Below, piece by piece: positions 36,200 to 45,588 of a stretch of DNA of 64,000 nucleotides (positions are counted from its first letter, which is position 1; each line of letters begins with the position of its first letter). The stretch lies in assembly GCA_937877025.1 (NCBI GenBank), contig CALEGE010000066.1:15388-79387 (forward strand). Direction: 5' to 3'. The position numbers and the translations under genes were made by a program. The stretch is from an uncultured Spirochaetia bacterium (GTDB lineage Bacteria > Spirochaetota > UBA4802 > UBA5368). The notes below the pieces were generated by a model. It saw only the letters and a list, made by a program, of their open reading frames with translations, did no database searches and was not told the DNA's origin.

Positions 36200-36940
36200 A
36201 TGTTCAGTAAGTATTTTGAAGACGTAGAACGCCGGCTTATCGCCGGAGCTAAAAAGACAGCGGCAGCGCCGTCAAAGAAGGGAAAGGCCGCGTCCGCCGA
36301 GAAGGCCGCGAAACCCGTAAAAAAGGCCGCCGTTGACCACACGGAGCTTATCGCATATATGGAAAAAATAGTGCCGGCCAGTTTGAAAACCGGCGCTCTT
36401 AAAATGATTGACGTCGGTGGCTATATCCCCGAGGGGATAGATTTTGTCGCATATAAGGAAATATGCCGCGATATGCCATTGCTTATGGGGGGGTATGTTC
36501 CGTCAGAGCTCGTCTATGGCACATATCATGTATGTCCGGTAATAAATAAAAACAGCATCGTGGAGGTGCTCGACAGGATCGTTCAGGCGAAAAAAATAAA
36601 CAGGTTTGCCGACGATGCCGGCGACATACAGGTCATACCCGCGTTTATTATCAGTTACGGCATGGATATGAATTTATCCGAGTTGAAGGGCGCGCTGCTC
36701 GATTATTACATGACGCGGTCGATAGACAGCGTATTTGAATTTGACCTTATCGCGGTATTGAACAGGGGGCTGTTCGTTAAGAACTGGCGTGAGAAGAGGA
36801 GCTTTATCGGACTTGAAACGGGGAAGGACACACTCATGTGGTTTTTTATCCTTATGAATGAGTACCTTGACGTGGACAGGGGCGGCGATCTTGACCTTCG
36901 CGAATATATAAGAAAAACCGAAAAATATAGTGAATACTGA
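36200..36940 (+). CDS. hypothetical protein with Lys/Ala-rich (histone H1-like) N-terminal tail
   Basis: Start ATG 36200 behind AGAGGGG. Residues ~20-50 are AKKTAAAPSKKGKAASAEKAAKPVKKAAV. The C-terminal ~190-aa globular domain has no recognisable motif. Confidence 0.4.
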   Translation: MFSKYFEDVERRLIAGAKKTAAAPSKKGKAASAEKAAKPVKKAAVDHTELIAYMEKIVPASLKTGALKMIDVGGYIPEGIDFVAYKEICRDMPLLMGGYVPSELVYGTYHVCPVINKNSIVEVLDRIVQAKKINRFADDAGDIQVIPAFIISYGMDMNLSELKGALLDYYMTRSIDSVFEFDLIAVLNRGLFVKNWREKRSFIGLETGKDTLMWFFILMNEYLDVDRGGDLDLREYIRKTEKYSEY

Positions 36941-37035
36941 TTGCGCACCGCGCCGGTTTTGCTATTGACAAATAAATATTTTTATACTATCATCAATAGA
37001 TTTTCCGGAAAATTCTGTTGAACGGAAGGATGTGC

Positions 37036-38187
37036 ATGGTGAAATTGAATAATCTTCTTTCGTTGTCGGGGATGGCGGTCGCGTCGCTGGTGGTGTTATT
37101 GTGTCTCGGTGCCGGGCCGCTCAATGCGCGCGAGAAAAAAGATATGATTCTTGTCCTTGATACATCCCTCAGCATGGCGGGATATGGCGGCAAAAATGTA
37201 TTCCCCGAAGTAAAGAAGAGCCTCGGGAAGTTTATTGACCAGCTTGGCGAAGGCGACAGCATTACCTTTGTCGCGTTCGATTCCGATGTGCGTGTATATC
37301 CAACCGTTTTCGTCCACGACGCCAATGACAGGGATATAATAAAAAAATATGTGTCGGTTGTGAACGCGAAGGGCGATTGGACGTATACTCAGGGAATGAT
37401 AAAAAGCGTTCTCAAAATTGCGCAGTCGCTTGAGGAGAAAGACAGAAGCAGGCAGCGTGTGATAGTTGTACTTACGGACGCGATAGACGATCCGCCTCCT
37501 CACAAGGTGAAACAGCGGTTTAATATAAAGGAAATAGCAACGCAGTATTCTGATAAAGACTGGTTTATATTCTTCGTAAATCTCGGTGAAAAGCGTAAGG
37601 ACAGTAAAATAGAGAAGGTACAGCAAGAACTCAAGGAAAACGTTTCCAGGTATACGGAAGTCGTAAACGCGGCTGATGCACCGGCAAAGGTGATAGAAAA
37701 AGACCTTATCGGGAATGTAGAGAAGATGGAGGCGGTTCGCGATGAGCGCGAAAAGGGGTTTGTTTCCGGGCCGTACTTTCTTGCGATCATCATCGTTGCG
37801 TTATTGCTTCTTGTAATTGCCATTGCCCGTCGTTTCGTTGGATTAAAGCTTATCGGTACGGTGGAATATTGGAACCATACCGTCCTCGAACCGTATATAA
37901 AGGCTGTAGACCTTGCGAAGATTGGCGTAAGGAAAATCACCATCGGGAGGGGGAGCGGCAACAGCCTCAATATCCGCGATATAGAAATCCCTGAGCCGTT
38001 TAAGATTTCGGCAGTGCGTGTGAAGGGGAAACCGCGATGCGCCCTCCAGTGGGGCAATGCCTATACAATTGACATGGTTGACAGGGCTACGGCGGATTAC
38101 CTGAGTGACGGCGATGTTTTTAAGGTGGCAAATTATACCTTCCGGTATACCGAGACACCGGGAAAAATACGAGGGGGGAATATATAA
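37036..38187 (+). CDS. vWA-domain / TM / FHA-domain protein
   Basis: Signal/TM, vWA with MIDAS DxSxS (LVLDTSLSM ... VVLTD), a central TM (AIIIVALLLLVIAIA) and a C-terminal FHA-like domain (ITIGRGSGNSLNI ... SDGDVFKVANYTFRY). SD GGAAGGA. Confidence 0.55.
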   Translation: MVKLNNLLSLSGMAVASLVVLLCLGAGPLNAREKKDMILVLDTSLSMAGYGGKNVFPEVKKSLGKFIDQLGEGDSITFVAFDSDVRVYPTVFVHDANDRDIIKKYVSVVNAKGDWTYTQGMIKSVLKIAQSLEEKDRSRQRVIVVLTDAIDDPPPHKVKQRFNIKEIATQYSDKDWFIFFVNLGEKRKDSKIEKVQQELKENVSRYTEVVNAADAPAKVIEKDLIGNVEKMEAVRDEREKGFVSGPYFLAIIIVALLLLVIAIARRFVGLKLIGTVEYWNHTVLEPYIKAVDLAKIGVRKITIGRGSGNSLNIRDIEIPEPFKISAVRVKGKPRCALQWGNAYTIDMVDRATADYLSDGDVFKVANYTFRYTETPGKIRGGNI

Positions 38188-38215
38188 AAAATTTGCTAAT
38201 ATTTGAAATAAAACC

Positions 38216-38243
38216 TTGACATGCCGCAATGTCGTTGTATCAT
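38216..38243 (+). promoter_or_regulatory. near-consensus sigma70 promoter TTGACA-16-TATCAT for the 649-aa gene
   Basis: TTGACA tgccgcaatgtcgttg TATCAT. The predicted leader of ~125 nt ends in a strong SD AAAGGAGG 8 nt before ATG 38376. Confidence 0.5.
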
Positions 38244-38375
38244 CTCTGCAATTGTCTTTCTATTTATAGATACGATTTCTCCCTGAGTGGCAGATGTGGA
38301 AGTGTTTCAGCGACAGGAATGCACTTGGGTGAAGCATAACATGATAAGCAGTACGAGATCAAAGGAGGTTATTGT

Positions 38376-40325
38376 ATGTCTATATCTCAGTTTCCCAAAA
38401 GCCCTAATAAAGTTCACCCTACAGCTCCAAGTGCAGTTGGTTCTGTGAATTCGATTGCACAGGAAGGGCGGGACAAAGTTGCTGAATCGAAACTGATTGT
38501 TGATGAAACATCTGACAAGGTTCTGAATGCTGTTATGAATAAGCTGCCCGAAGAGGTGCTTATGAAGCTCGACGTAATGGGCGGGCTCAAAGAAAAAATA
38601 TATAATTACGTCAATCAGACCTATGTAAACATGGCGAACCGCTACACGGTTACCATGGAAGATGAGTTTTTGAAGAAGGTGCGTGATTTTGTCGATAAGG
38701 AAGAAGCCAAAGGGCTTGCCCGGTATACCCCGAGGGAGCTTGTGGATCTCCTCGACAAAATAGGCGGCGCCGATAAGTTTAATACCGGTGAAATCGAGAA
38801 GTCCATTGTTAATATGTACGGGCATTTGCATGGGCACATTCAGAGGGGATTAAACGACCTCGAAAATGAAACCAATGCTATTCTTCGTCAGAAAACCGAT
38901 GTGGGTGCCTTTATACGCGGTGAAAATGCTTACGCGATCATCAAGTGCGTTTTTAAAGACAATATACTCCGCCCGAAATATGTTTACGATGTCAAGCTTT
39001 CGATCAACGTGCTCGACAGCGAGCTTGTAAGCCCGATGTACCATTATCAGGTAACGGTTGAGTCGCTGTTGAAAGACGCGATTCAGAAGCATATTCAGGA
39101 GCTCATTGATCGTCAGATACAGCAGCTTAAGGACGAGCTTGTCGATCAGGGCAAGAGCGAACTTAGCGGCTCCGAAGTGATGTTCGAGAAGATCAAACGC
39201 ATCGAGAATTTCACCGATGACGACAAAGAAGACGAGAAATCGAGAAGATATACGATTCTCGCGAAGAAGTTCCTCGACAAGATTGAGGGCCTCAGAGCTG
39301 AGATTGATATTGAAGAATATGATCCGCTGAACGTTCGTGAAAATATCAAGTATATCATCGACTCTGAAAATATCAGAAACAGGGGTTACAACACGGCGAT
39401 CAACGCGCTGACCTCGATACTCGACACCAGTAAGCTCGGCTATCAGGTATGCGATAACATGAAGAACGCCCGAACCTGCCTTATCCGTGAGTACGAAGAA
39501 ATGGATAATAGCGTTCTTCCCGACGAACGATATGCGATCCGGATTGCGTATTACGACCAGAACCAGCTGCGTGAAGAGAAGAAGGAATACGACCGCCAGA
39601 TGGAAACCTTCACGAAAGAGATTCTGAGGGTGTGGGATGTTGTACATGCGCATTATGAATCGAAGAAGAGATTCAGATCCCTCCGGGATTTTGATGACCT
39701 CTGCGGCAGGTTGATGACGAAGGATTGGAGGCGTCAGAAGACAGAAGAAGATTCTGATCCCAACAGCGTTCTCTGGTCAGAAATCGGCGAGACGTACAAT
39801 GAAAATACCTTTGTAGAAAAGAATAATCGCACCTACGAAGATAGAATACTCAACCTGAAAAACAAGATTAAATACCTTAAAGATATACTGCAGAAGATGC
39901 ATGGATATCAGAATCCGATTGAGCGTGTTATTCTTGATGAACGGCTGAGTTTCATTGAAAAACGTTTTAACGAATTTACCTATCGAATCAATCCGCACCA
40001 TATTCAGCCCGGGCTCGTTCTTGATGTCAATGTCACGACCATCAAGAGAAAACAGTATATGCTGAAGGGGATGGCGAATGTGCTGAATGAATTCCTCTAT
40101 GGCATATCGAAGGGCTTCCAGGATGCCGCGTTCGCATCGTTCAAGCGCCGCAGATCGACAGTGAGAACTGACATCGAGCAGTCATTCGGCACTGAAGAGC
40201 TGAAGGAAGACATCTTCGAGGCCGCATATAAGACCGCGAGCGGCGAGTCGGAAGTTAAGGGTTCTGTAGATCTTTCTCCGAAGTCGAAACCGAGAGGGAA
40301 AGCGTCTGGACTGAAAGAGCTGTAA
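38376..40325 (+). CDS. uncharacterised coiled-coil-rich 649-aa protein (possibly cytoplasmic filament CfpA-like; unverified)
   Basis: No P-loop, no TM, long heptad-like helical stretches. Flanked by its own promoter, strong SD and a 12-bp-stem terminator. A/T-rich codon usage. Its position (vWA gene upstream, ppdK two genes downstream) resembles my recollection of the Treponema cfpA neighbourhood, which I cannot verify here. Confidence 0.4.
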   Translation: MSISQFPKSPNKVHPTAPSAVGSVNSIAQEGRDKVAESKLIVDETSDKVLNAVMNKLPEEVLMKLDVMGGLKEKIYNYVNQTYVNMANRYTVTMEDEFLKKVRDFVDKEEAKGLARYTPRELVDLLDKIGGADKFNTGEIEKSIVNMYGHLHGHIQRGLNDLENETNAILRQKTDVGAFIRGENAYAIIKCVFKDNILRPKYVYDVKLSINVLDSELVSPMYHYQVTVESLLKDAIQKHIQELIDRQIQQLKDELVDQGKSELSGSEVMFEKIKRIENFTDDDKEDEKSRRYTILAKKFLDKIEGLRAEIDIEEYDPLNVRENIKYIIDSENIRNRGYNTAINALTSILDTSKLGYQVCDNMKNARTCLIREYEEMDNSVLPDERYAIRIAYYDQNQLREEKKEYDRQMETFTKEILRVWDVVHAHYESKKRFRSLRDFDDLCGRLMTKDWRRQKTEEDSDPNSVLWSEIGETYNENTFVEKNNRTYEDRILNLKNKIKYLKDILQKMHGYQNPIERVILDERLSFIEKRFNEFTYRINPHHIQPGLVLDVNVTTIKRKQYMLKGMANVLNEFLYGISKGFQDAAFASFKRRRSTVRTDIEQSFGTEELKEDIFEAAYKTASGESEVKGSVDLSPKSKPRGKASGLKEL

Positions 40326-40351
40326 AAAATGTTGTTACAATGAAGATGACA

Positions 40352-40383
40352 AGAGGATACCCGGACGGGTATCCTCTTTGTAT
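40352..40383 (+). terminator. intrinsic terminator after the 649-aa gene
   Basis: AGAGGATACCCG-ga-CGGGTATCCTCT (12-bp perfect stem), followed by TTTGTATT. Confidence 0.5.
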
Positions 40384-40553
40384 TAATGCGGGAATTGAGT
40401 GGTAATGCATACGTAATTTGTTTATTTTTATTTCTGTATGATTTAACATATATACAAAGTGCTTGCAATAATGAAAAAATATACTACAGTGGTACTGTTA
40501 GATATCAGCACCTGCATTAAAATAAATATTGTGACTGTATAAGGAGATGATGT

Positions 40554-41459
40554 ATGGAAAATGTTTTTTATTCCCTTGCAACCAAGGGCAATTTCAATAA
40601 GGCTCTGAATCATTTCTTCAAGGTTAATGATATCGTCGATTACATCGAATCCAGGCGGAATCTTGCGGACGTGATGAATATGGATCTCGACAACGGCGAT
40701 CTCGGGAAAGACCAGATACTGCCCATTGTCGGTGCCGTTATTCGTGACAAGTATGGATATTCGTATGATTCATTCAATATTCCAATTACTGTGACGGAGT
40801 TTAACAAGATATGCGACGAAACCGCAAAGTGGACCGCCATTGATCTGATACTGGTATATTATAATCCAAACGGTGAAATCCTTCTCGTGAATCCTAAAAA
40901 CATGGCGCACTGGGAGAAGGTCCGTGAAATTACGCGCGACCAGCTTCTGGTTATTTACGCGAAGTGCCTCAAGGAAGAAAGCGATAAAAAAATCGAACAG
41001 GAGGCGATTGTTGCCGTCGAGGAAATGATCGCCGGGAAGGACGTGTTTATCAACAAGGAGTTCATTGACCAGACGGTAACGCCGAGGGTGCCGGTAAAAA
41101 AGCCCGCCGCTCCCGCAGAACTCGGCAAAAGGAGAATGACGCCGAAATATTCGGTGCAGGTCACGAATGAGCTTTTCCACAATGGCAACGTGGAGGCATG
41201 GAAGCGCATCATTGAAAGCTATAAGGCCTCGTTTCCCGACCTTGATGTAATGATTTTTTACGAAAACGAGGTGATTAACGATATAAATACGCTGTTCAAA
41301 TGGGGCAAGGTGAAATCGGGCAACCTTATTTTCTTCCAAGTTGTAGGAGAAAACATAACGGGTGTGTCTAAACTTCAAAAATATTTTTTTGAGGGTGCAA
41401 GCCCGAGATTTGAGCAGTTCCTCAAGCTTGGTGTTGGCAGGATCCTGAAATTGTTTTAA
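40554..41459 (+). CDS. hypothetical cytoplasmic protein (301 aa)
   Basis: SD AAGGAGA, ATG. No recognisable motif. A/T-rich like its upstream neighbour. 70 nt upstream of ppdK. Confidence 0.4.
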   Translation: MENVFYSLATKGNFNKALNHFFKVNDIVDYIESRRNLADVMNMDLDNGDLGKDQILPIVGAVIRDKYGYSYDSFNIPITVTEFNKICDETAKWTAIDLILVYYNPNGEILLVNPKNMAHWEKVREITRDQLLVIYAKCLKEESDKKIEQEAIVAVEEMIAGKDVFINKEFIDQTVTPRVPVKKPAAPAELGKRRMTPKYSVQVTNELFHNGNVEAWKRIIESYKASFPDLDVMIFYENEVINDINTLFKWGKVKSGNLIFFQVVGENITGVSKLQKYFFEGASPRFEQFLKLGVGRILKLF

Positions 41460-41528
41460 TTGATACGGCACGGGCGTTTTGGAGATAAAAATCACGCGGA
41501 GCATTTTATTCATTCAGGGGGATATACA

Positions 41529-44120
41529 ATGGAAAATATTATTTATTTTAATAAAGATTTGAAAGATGTGGATGAAAAGAGCAAAAAACGGTTTGGAATT
41601 CGCGGGCGGCGCGCGGTGGATCTTGCGCAGATGGGGCTTCCTATTGCGCCTGGATTTATAATCGATTCGGAGCTTACGAAAAAGCTGCCACAGATAAACC
41701 TCAAGGAAATCATTAAAACGCATATTGATCGCCTTGCCAAAGAGGTGAAAAAGGGATTTGGCGATACGAAGAAACCCTTGTTGCTGAAGGTTGTATTGAG
41801 CTCAGATCTCAATGTGCCGAACTTCCCGTCGATTCATAACATCGGATTAAACGACAAAACAGTCGAAGGATTTGGGCAGTTTACCGGCCCTGATTTCGCC
41901 TATGGCGAATACCGTTTTCTTCTTCGGAGCATCGGATCGAAAATACACGGTATCGATATTGCCGAGTTTGATAAAATTGAGGGCAAGGGCGTAAAGCAGA
42001 AAGCCGTCGAGTTGAAGAAGGTTGTTGAAAATTACAAGAAATATCTTGGCGATAAGTTCAGCGAAGATGTGTACGACCAATTGGGCCTTATATTAAAAGG
42101 CGCCGCGGCGCGCTATTGCGATTCGGAAATTGATGTGGACAATTCACTGTCGATCATGGTGCAGTCCATGGTGTACGGTAATTTCGGTCAGAATTCATAC
42201 GCCGGCAATTATTATACGCGAAATATTATTACCGGCGATCCGCTGATCCAGGGAAATTTTCTCCAGAATGAGTTCGATGTCGACAGGGGCAAGCCAAAAG
42301 ATATAGCAAAAATAGAAAAGAAATATTTTGATAAGTTTGCGGATATCGCGAAAAAGGTTGAGGAAAACTTCAAGGAGATTCGCGAGATCAAGTTTACAAT
42401 CGAGGAGGGCGATTTCTGGCTGGTCGAGCAGCGCGACGTCGATGAAAAATCGACGCAGTCGCAGGTCAAGACCCTTCTGGATCTCTGCAAAAGGAAAATA
42501 GTATCTGAGGATTTTATCGTCAGCAATGTAAAGCCAAACCAGTTGAACGAGTTGCTGCATCCCGTTATAGATCCGAGAACGATTGGCGGCGTCAAGAGTA
42601 TAAAAGGCGGCATTGCCGGTTCCACGGGCGCTGCGATAGGAAGAGTGTTTTTCTCCACGCCGAAGCTGCTCGAGGAATACAAGCGGGCCATAATGCGGGG
42701 AGACGATACCAACCTGATTCTTGTTATGCCTGCGTCGTTTGCCGAGGACGTCAAGGCGATTGAGGTGGCAAAAGGTGTTATTACGAGCGAGGGAGGTTTT
42801 TCTTCCCATGCGCCTGTTGTTGCGCGGAGTCTCGGCAAGGTTGCCATGGTGCAGCCGGAGATGAAAATCCGCGGCACCAGTTTTACACTTGGGGGAAAAA
42901 CAGTAAACGAGGGTGATTATGTTTCCATCAACGTTCCATATTATGAGCCGCCCACGATATATCTTGGCAGAGTCGGGCTCATAGAGCCTGATTTCAAGGA
43001 AAATGGGCTCCTCGATTTTCTCCAGGTTGCGGAGCATTTTGTGAGGGATTTCAATGTTCGCGCAAACGCGGACCAGGGCAGGGACGCAAAACTCGCCCGT
43101 GAATTTAACGCCGCCGGAATCGGCCTCTGCCGAACAGAGCACATGTTTTTCAACGAAAAACGAATTATGAAATTCAGGGAGATGATTCTCTCCGAGACCG
43201 AGGATGAAAGGCGCAAAGCGCTTGAAGTTTTAAAGCCGATGCAGCGCTCCGATTTTTACGAACTTTTCAAGGTTATGACGGGATATCCGGTCACGATTCG
43301 CCTTCTTGACGCCCCCTTGCATGAGTTTTTGCCGAGGACCGAAGCCAGTATGGCAGAATTCGTAAAGTACATGCAGACAAGGAAGAAAAAGCAAAAGCCT
43401 GCTGAAATCAGGGCGATGTGCGATGATCTTTCGGAAATGAACCCGATGCTCGGTCACAGGGGCTGCAGGGTCGCCGTGACGTATCCTGAAATATATGAGA
43501 TGCAGTGCAGGGCAATTTTTGAGGCCGCATGCATGCTGAAAAAAGAAGGCATCGATGTACACCCTGAAATAATGATTCCGATAGTAATGACTGAGCACGA
43601 GCTGAAATTTCTGAAAAACGGCAAAAAAATCGAAGGCAAGGTCGTAAAAGGAATAAGGGACATAAAAGAAGAAGTTATCGAGGAATATGGCGTGGCCGAT
43701 CTCGAGTACAGCGTGGGTACCATGATTGAACTTCCCGCGGCTGCTCTTGGCGCCGGAGTGATAGCCCAGTATGCGGAATTTTTCAGCTTCGGCACCAACG
43801 ACCTTACACAGACGACATACGGCATATCGCGAGACGATATTAATTCGTTCTTCCCGAGTTATTCGCTGTACGACCTGATCAAGAATAATCCGTTTAAGGT
43901 GCTCGGCGATCAGGTAAAAGAGTTGATTGAGGTCGCTGCGCTGCGCGGAAAACTGACACGACCAGATATTAAAATGGGACTGTGCGGAGAACACGGCGCC
44001 GATCCGGAAAATATAGAGTTCTGCATGAAAACCGGGCTCAATTACGTATCGTGTTCGCCGTATTCAATTCCGATCGCGAAGCTTTCTATAGCGCAGAACA
44101 GTATTAAAGCAAAGGGCTAA
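41529..44120 (+). CDS. ppdK: pyruvate, phosphate dikinase
   Basis: 886 aa. N-terminal ATP-grasp, a central phospho-His mobile domain (TSEGGFSSHAPVVARSLG) and a C-terminal PEP-utilising TIM barrel (MGLCGEHGADPENIEFCMKTGLNYVSCSPYSIPIAKL). Start ATG 41529 behind CAGGGGGA. Confidence 0.9.
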   Translation: MENIIYFNKDLKDVDEKSKKRFGIRGRRAVDLAQMGLPIAPGFIIDSELTKKLPQINLKEIIKTHIDRLAKEVKKGFGDTKKPLLLKVVLSSDLNVPNFPSIHNIGLNDKTVEGFGQFTGPDFAYGEYRFLLRSIGSKIHGIDIAEFDKIEGKGVKQKAVELKKVVENYKKYLGDKFSEDVYDQLGLILKGAAARYCDSEIDVDNSLSIMVQSMVYGNFGQNSYAGNYYTRNIITGDPLIQGNFLQNEFDVDRGKPKDIAKIEKKYFDKFADIAKKVEENFKEIREIKFTIEEGDFWLVEQRDVDEKSTQSQVKTLLDLCKRKIVSEDFIVSNVKPNQLNELLHPVIDPRTIGGVKSIKGGIAGSTGAAIGRVFFSTPKLLEEYKRAIMRGDDTNLILVMPASFAEDVKAIEVAKGVITSEGGFSSHAPVVARSLGKVAMVQPEMKIRGTSFTLGGKTVNEGDYVSINVPYYEPPTIYLGRVGLIEPDFKENGLLDFLQVAEHFVRDFNVRANADQGRDAKLAREFNAAGIGLCRTEHMFFNEKRIMKFREMILSETEDERRKALEVLKPMQRSDFYELFKVMTGYPVTIRLLDAPLHEFLPRTEASMAEFVKYMQTRKKKQKPAEIRAMCDDLSEMNPMLGHRGCRVAVTYPEIYEMQCRAIFEAACMLKKEGIDVHPEIMIPIVMTEHELKFLKNGKKIEGKVVKGIRDIKEEVIEEYGVADLEYSVGTMIELPAAALGAGVIAQYAEFFSFGTNDLTQTTYGISRDDINSFFPSYSLYDLIKNNPFKVLGDQVKELIEVAALRGKLTRPDIKMGLCGEHGADPENIEFCMKTGLNYVSCSPYSIPIAKLSIAQNSIKAKG

Positions 44121-44196
44121 ACGCGGACGATTCGGGTTTATGCGCTACCCGCCGTGGTGCGGGTGCGTGTGACTGTTCACAAAAAAATACTAAAAA

Positions 44197-44224
44197 AAGA
44201 GGGGAGCGATCCCTTCTTTTTTTG
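44197..44224 (+). terminator. intrinsic terminator after ppdK
   Basis: AAGAGGG-gagcgatc-CCTTCTT (one G-U pair), followed by TTTTTT. Confidence 0.45.
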
Positions 44225-44342
44225 TAAAATTTTTAATATAACCACATATGTGTTTATGTAATAATAGAATATATTTATAAAATTGACTTGAAAATAACGG
44301 CAGGCTTACTACTTTTTGGAGAAAAATTCAGGAGAGTGCTCT

Positions 44343-45539
44343 ATGAGCAATCAGGACGTTGTTATTATATCAGGATGTAGAACGCCAATAGGCAGTTTCG
44401 GGCAGAGCCTGCGCGACGTACGCGCCTATGAACTCGCAGCGCTCGTTATGACGGAGTCCCTTAGAAGAGCGAATGTGGATGGCGCCATGTTAAGCGATGT
44501 TATTTTCGGTGATTGCATTCAGACATCCGAGGAGGCGAATACATCGCGGACCGCGGCGCTGAAGGCCGGTATTTCTGTGGAGGTGCCGGCGGTTACCATT
44601 CAGCGGCAGTGCGCGTCCGGAATGCAGGCGGCGATTTTCGCTTCGCAGCAGATTTTTTGCGGTGATTCAGATATCGTGCTCGTGGGCGGTGTTGAATCGA
44701 TGAGCAACGCCCCGTATATACTGAAAAAGGCGAGATGGGGAGCGCGCCTTCAACATGCTGAAATGACCGACGCAATGTGGGAGCTTCTCCATTCAGGAAG
44801 CGGCCTTCTTGGCGCACCGTATATTATGGGGCAGACGGCTGAAAATCTCGCGGAAAAGTACGGCATCTCCCGTGAAGAGCAGGACCAGCTTGCGCACGAG
44901 AGCCATGCGAAGGCCATTTCGGCCATCGATGCGGGAAAATTCAGGGATGAAATAGTGCCGGTGCCGATTCCGCAGAGAAACGGTGCGGTTAAAATGTTCG
45001 ATACGGATGAGCATCCCCGCAGGGATATCACCCCTGAGAGCCTGAAAAAGCTGAAACCTGTTTTCAAAAAGGACGGTACGGTAACCGCCGGAAATTCATC
45101 CGGATTGAATGATGGCGCTGCCGCGATGGTTGTCACTTCGTTGAAAAAGGCGAAAGAGCTGGGCGCGAAACCGCTGGCAAAAATTTGCGCCAACGCTATC
45201 GCAGGTGTCGAACCGCATCTGATGGGATACGGGCCTGTTCCGGCAGTGCAGAAACTGCTTGCGAAAACGGGAATGAAGATTAATGATATCGACATTTTTG
45301 AAGTTAACGAAGCGTTTGCCGCCCAGTACATTGCGTGCGAAAAGGGACTCGGTCTCGACAGGACGAAGGTGAACGTAAATGGCTCGGGAATCGCGCTGGG
45401 ACATCCCGTCGGTTGTACCGGCTCACGTATTATAATATCGATGATTAATGAGTTAAAGCGCCGCGGTGGCCGTTACGGGATTGCCACGCTGTGCGTCGGC
45501 GGCGGTATGGGGGCCGCCGTGCTCGTAGAAGTTCTGTAA
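44343..45539 (+). CDS. acetyl-CoA C-acetyltransferase (thiolase II)
   Basis: Thiolase motifs: VTIQRQCASGMQA (active-site Cys), NVNGSGIALGHPVGCTGSRI and CVGGGMGAA. Start ATG 44343 behind CAGGAGAG. Confidence 0.85.
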   Translation: MSNQDVVIISGCRTPIGSFGQSLRDVRAYELAALVMTESLRRANVDGAMLSDVIFGDCIQTSEEANTSRTAALKAGISVEVPAVTIQRQCASGMQAAIFASQQIFCGDSDIVLVGGVESMSNAPYILKKARWGARLQHAEMTDAMWELLHSGSGLLGAPYIMGQTAENLAEKYGISREEQDQLAHESHAKAISAIDAGKFRDEIVPVPIPQRNGAVKMFDTDEHPRRDITPESLKKLKPVFKKDGTVTAGNSSGLNDGAAAMVVTSLKKAKELGAKPLAKICANAIAGVEPHLMGYGPVPAVQKLLAKTGMKINDIDIFEVNEAFAAQYIACEKGLGLDRTKVNVNGSGIALGHPVGCTGSRIIISMINELKRRGGRYGIATLCVGGGMGAAVLVEVL

Positions 45540-45588
45540 CCTGCCGCACGATGGGGGCGTATAACGCCCTCATCCGCGCAACTGGCGC

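Noticed and set aside
41460-41528. 5' extension of ppdK (MIRHGRFGDKNHAEHFIHSGGYT)
   Set aside because: ATG 41529 is preceded by CAGGGGGA, and PPDK homologues start near MENIIYFNKD; the extension is unsupported.
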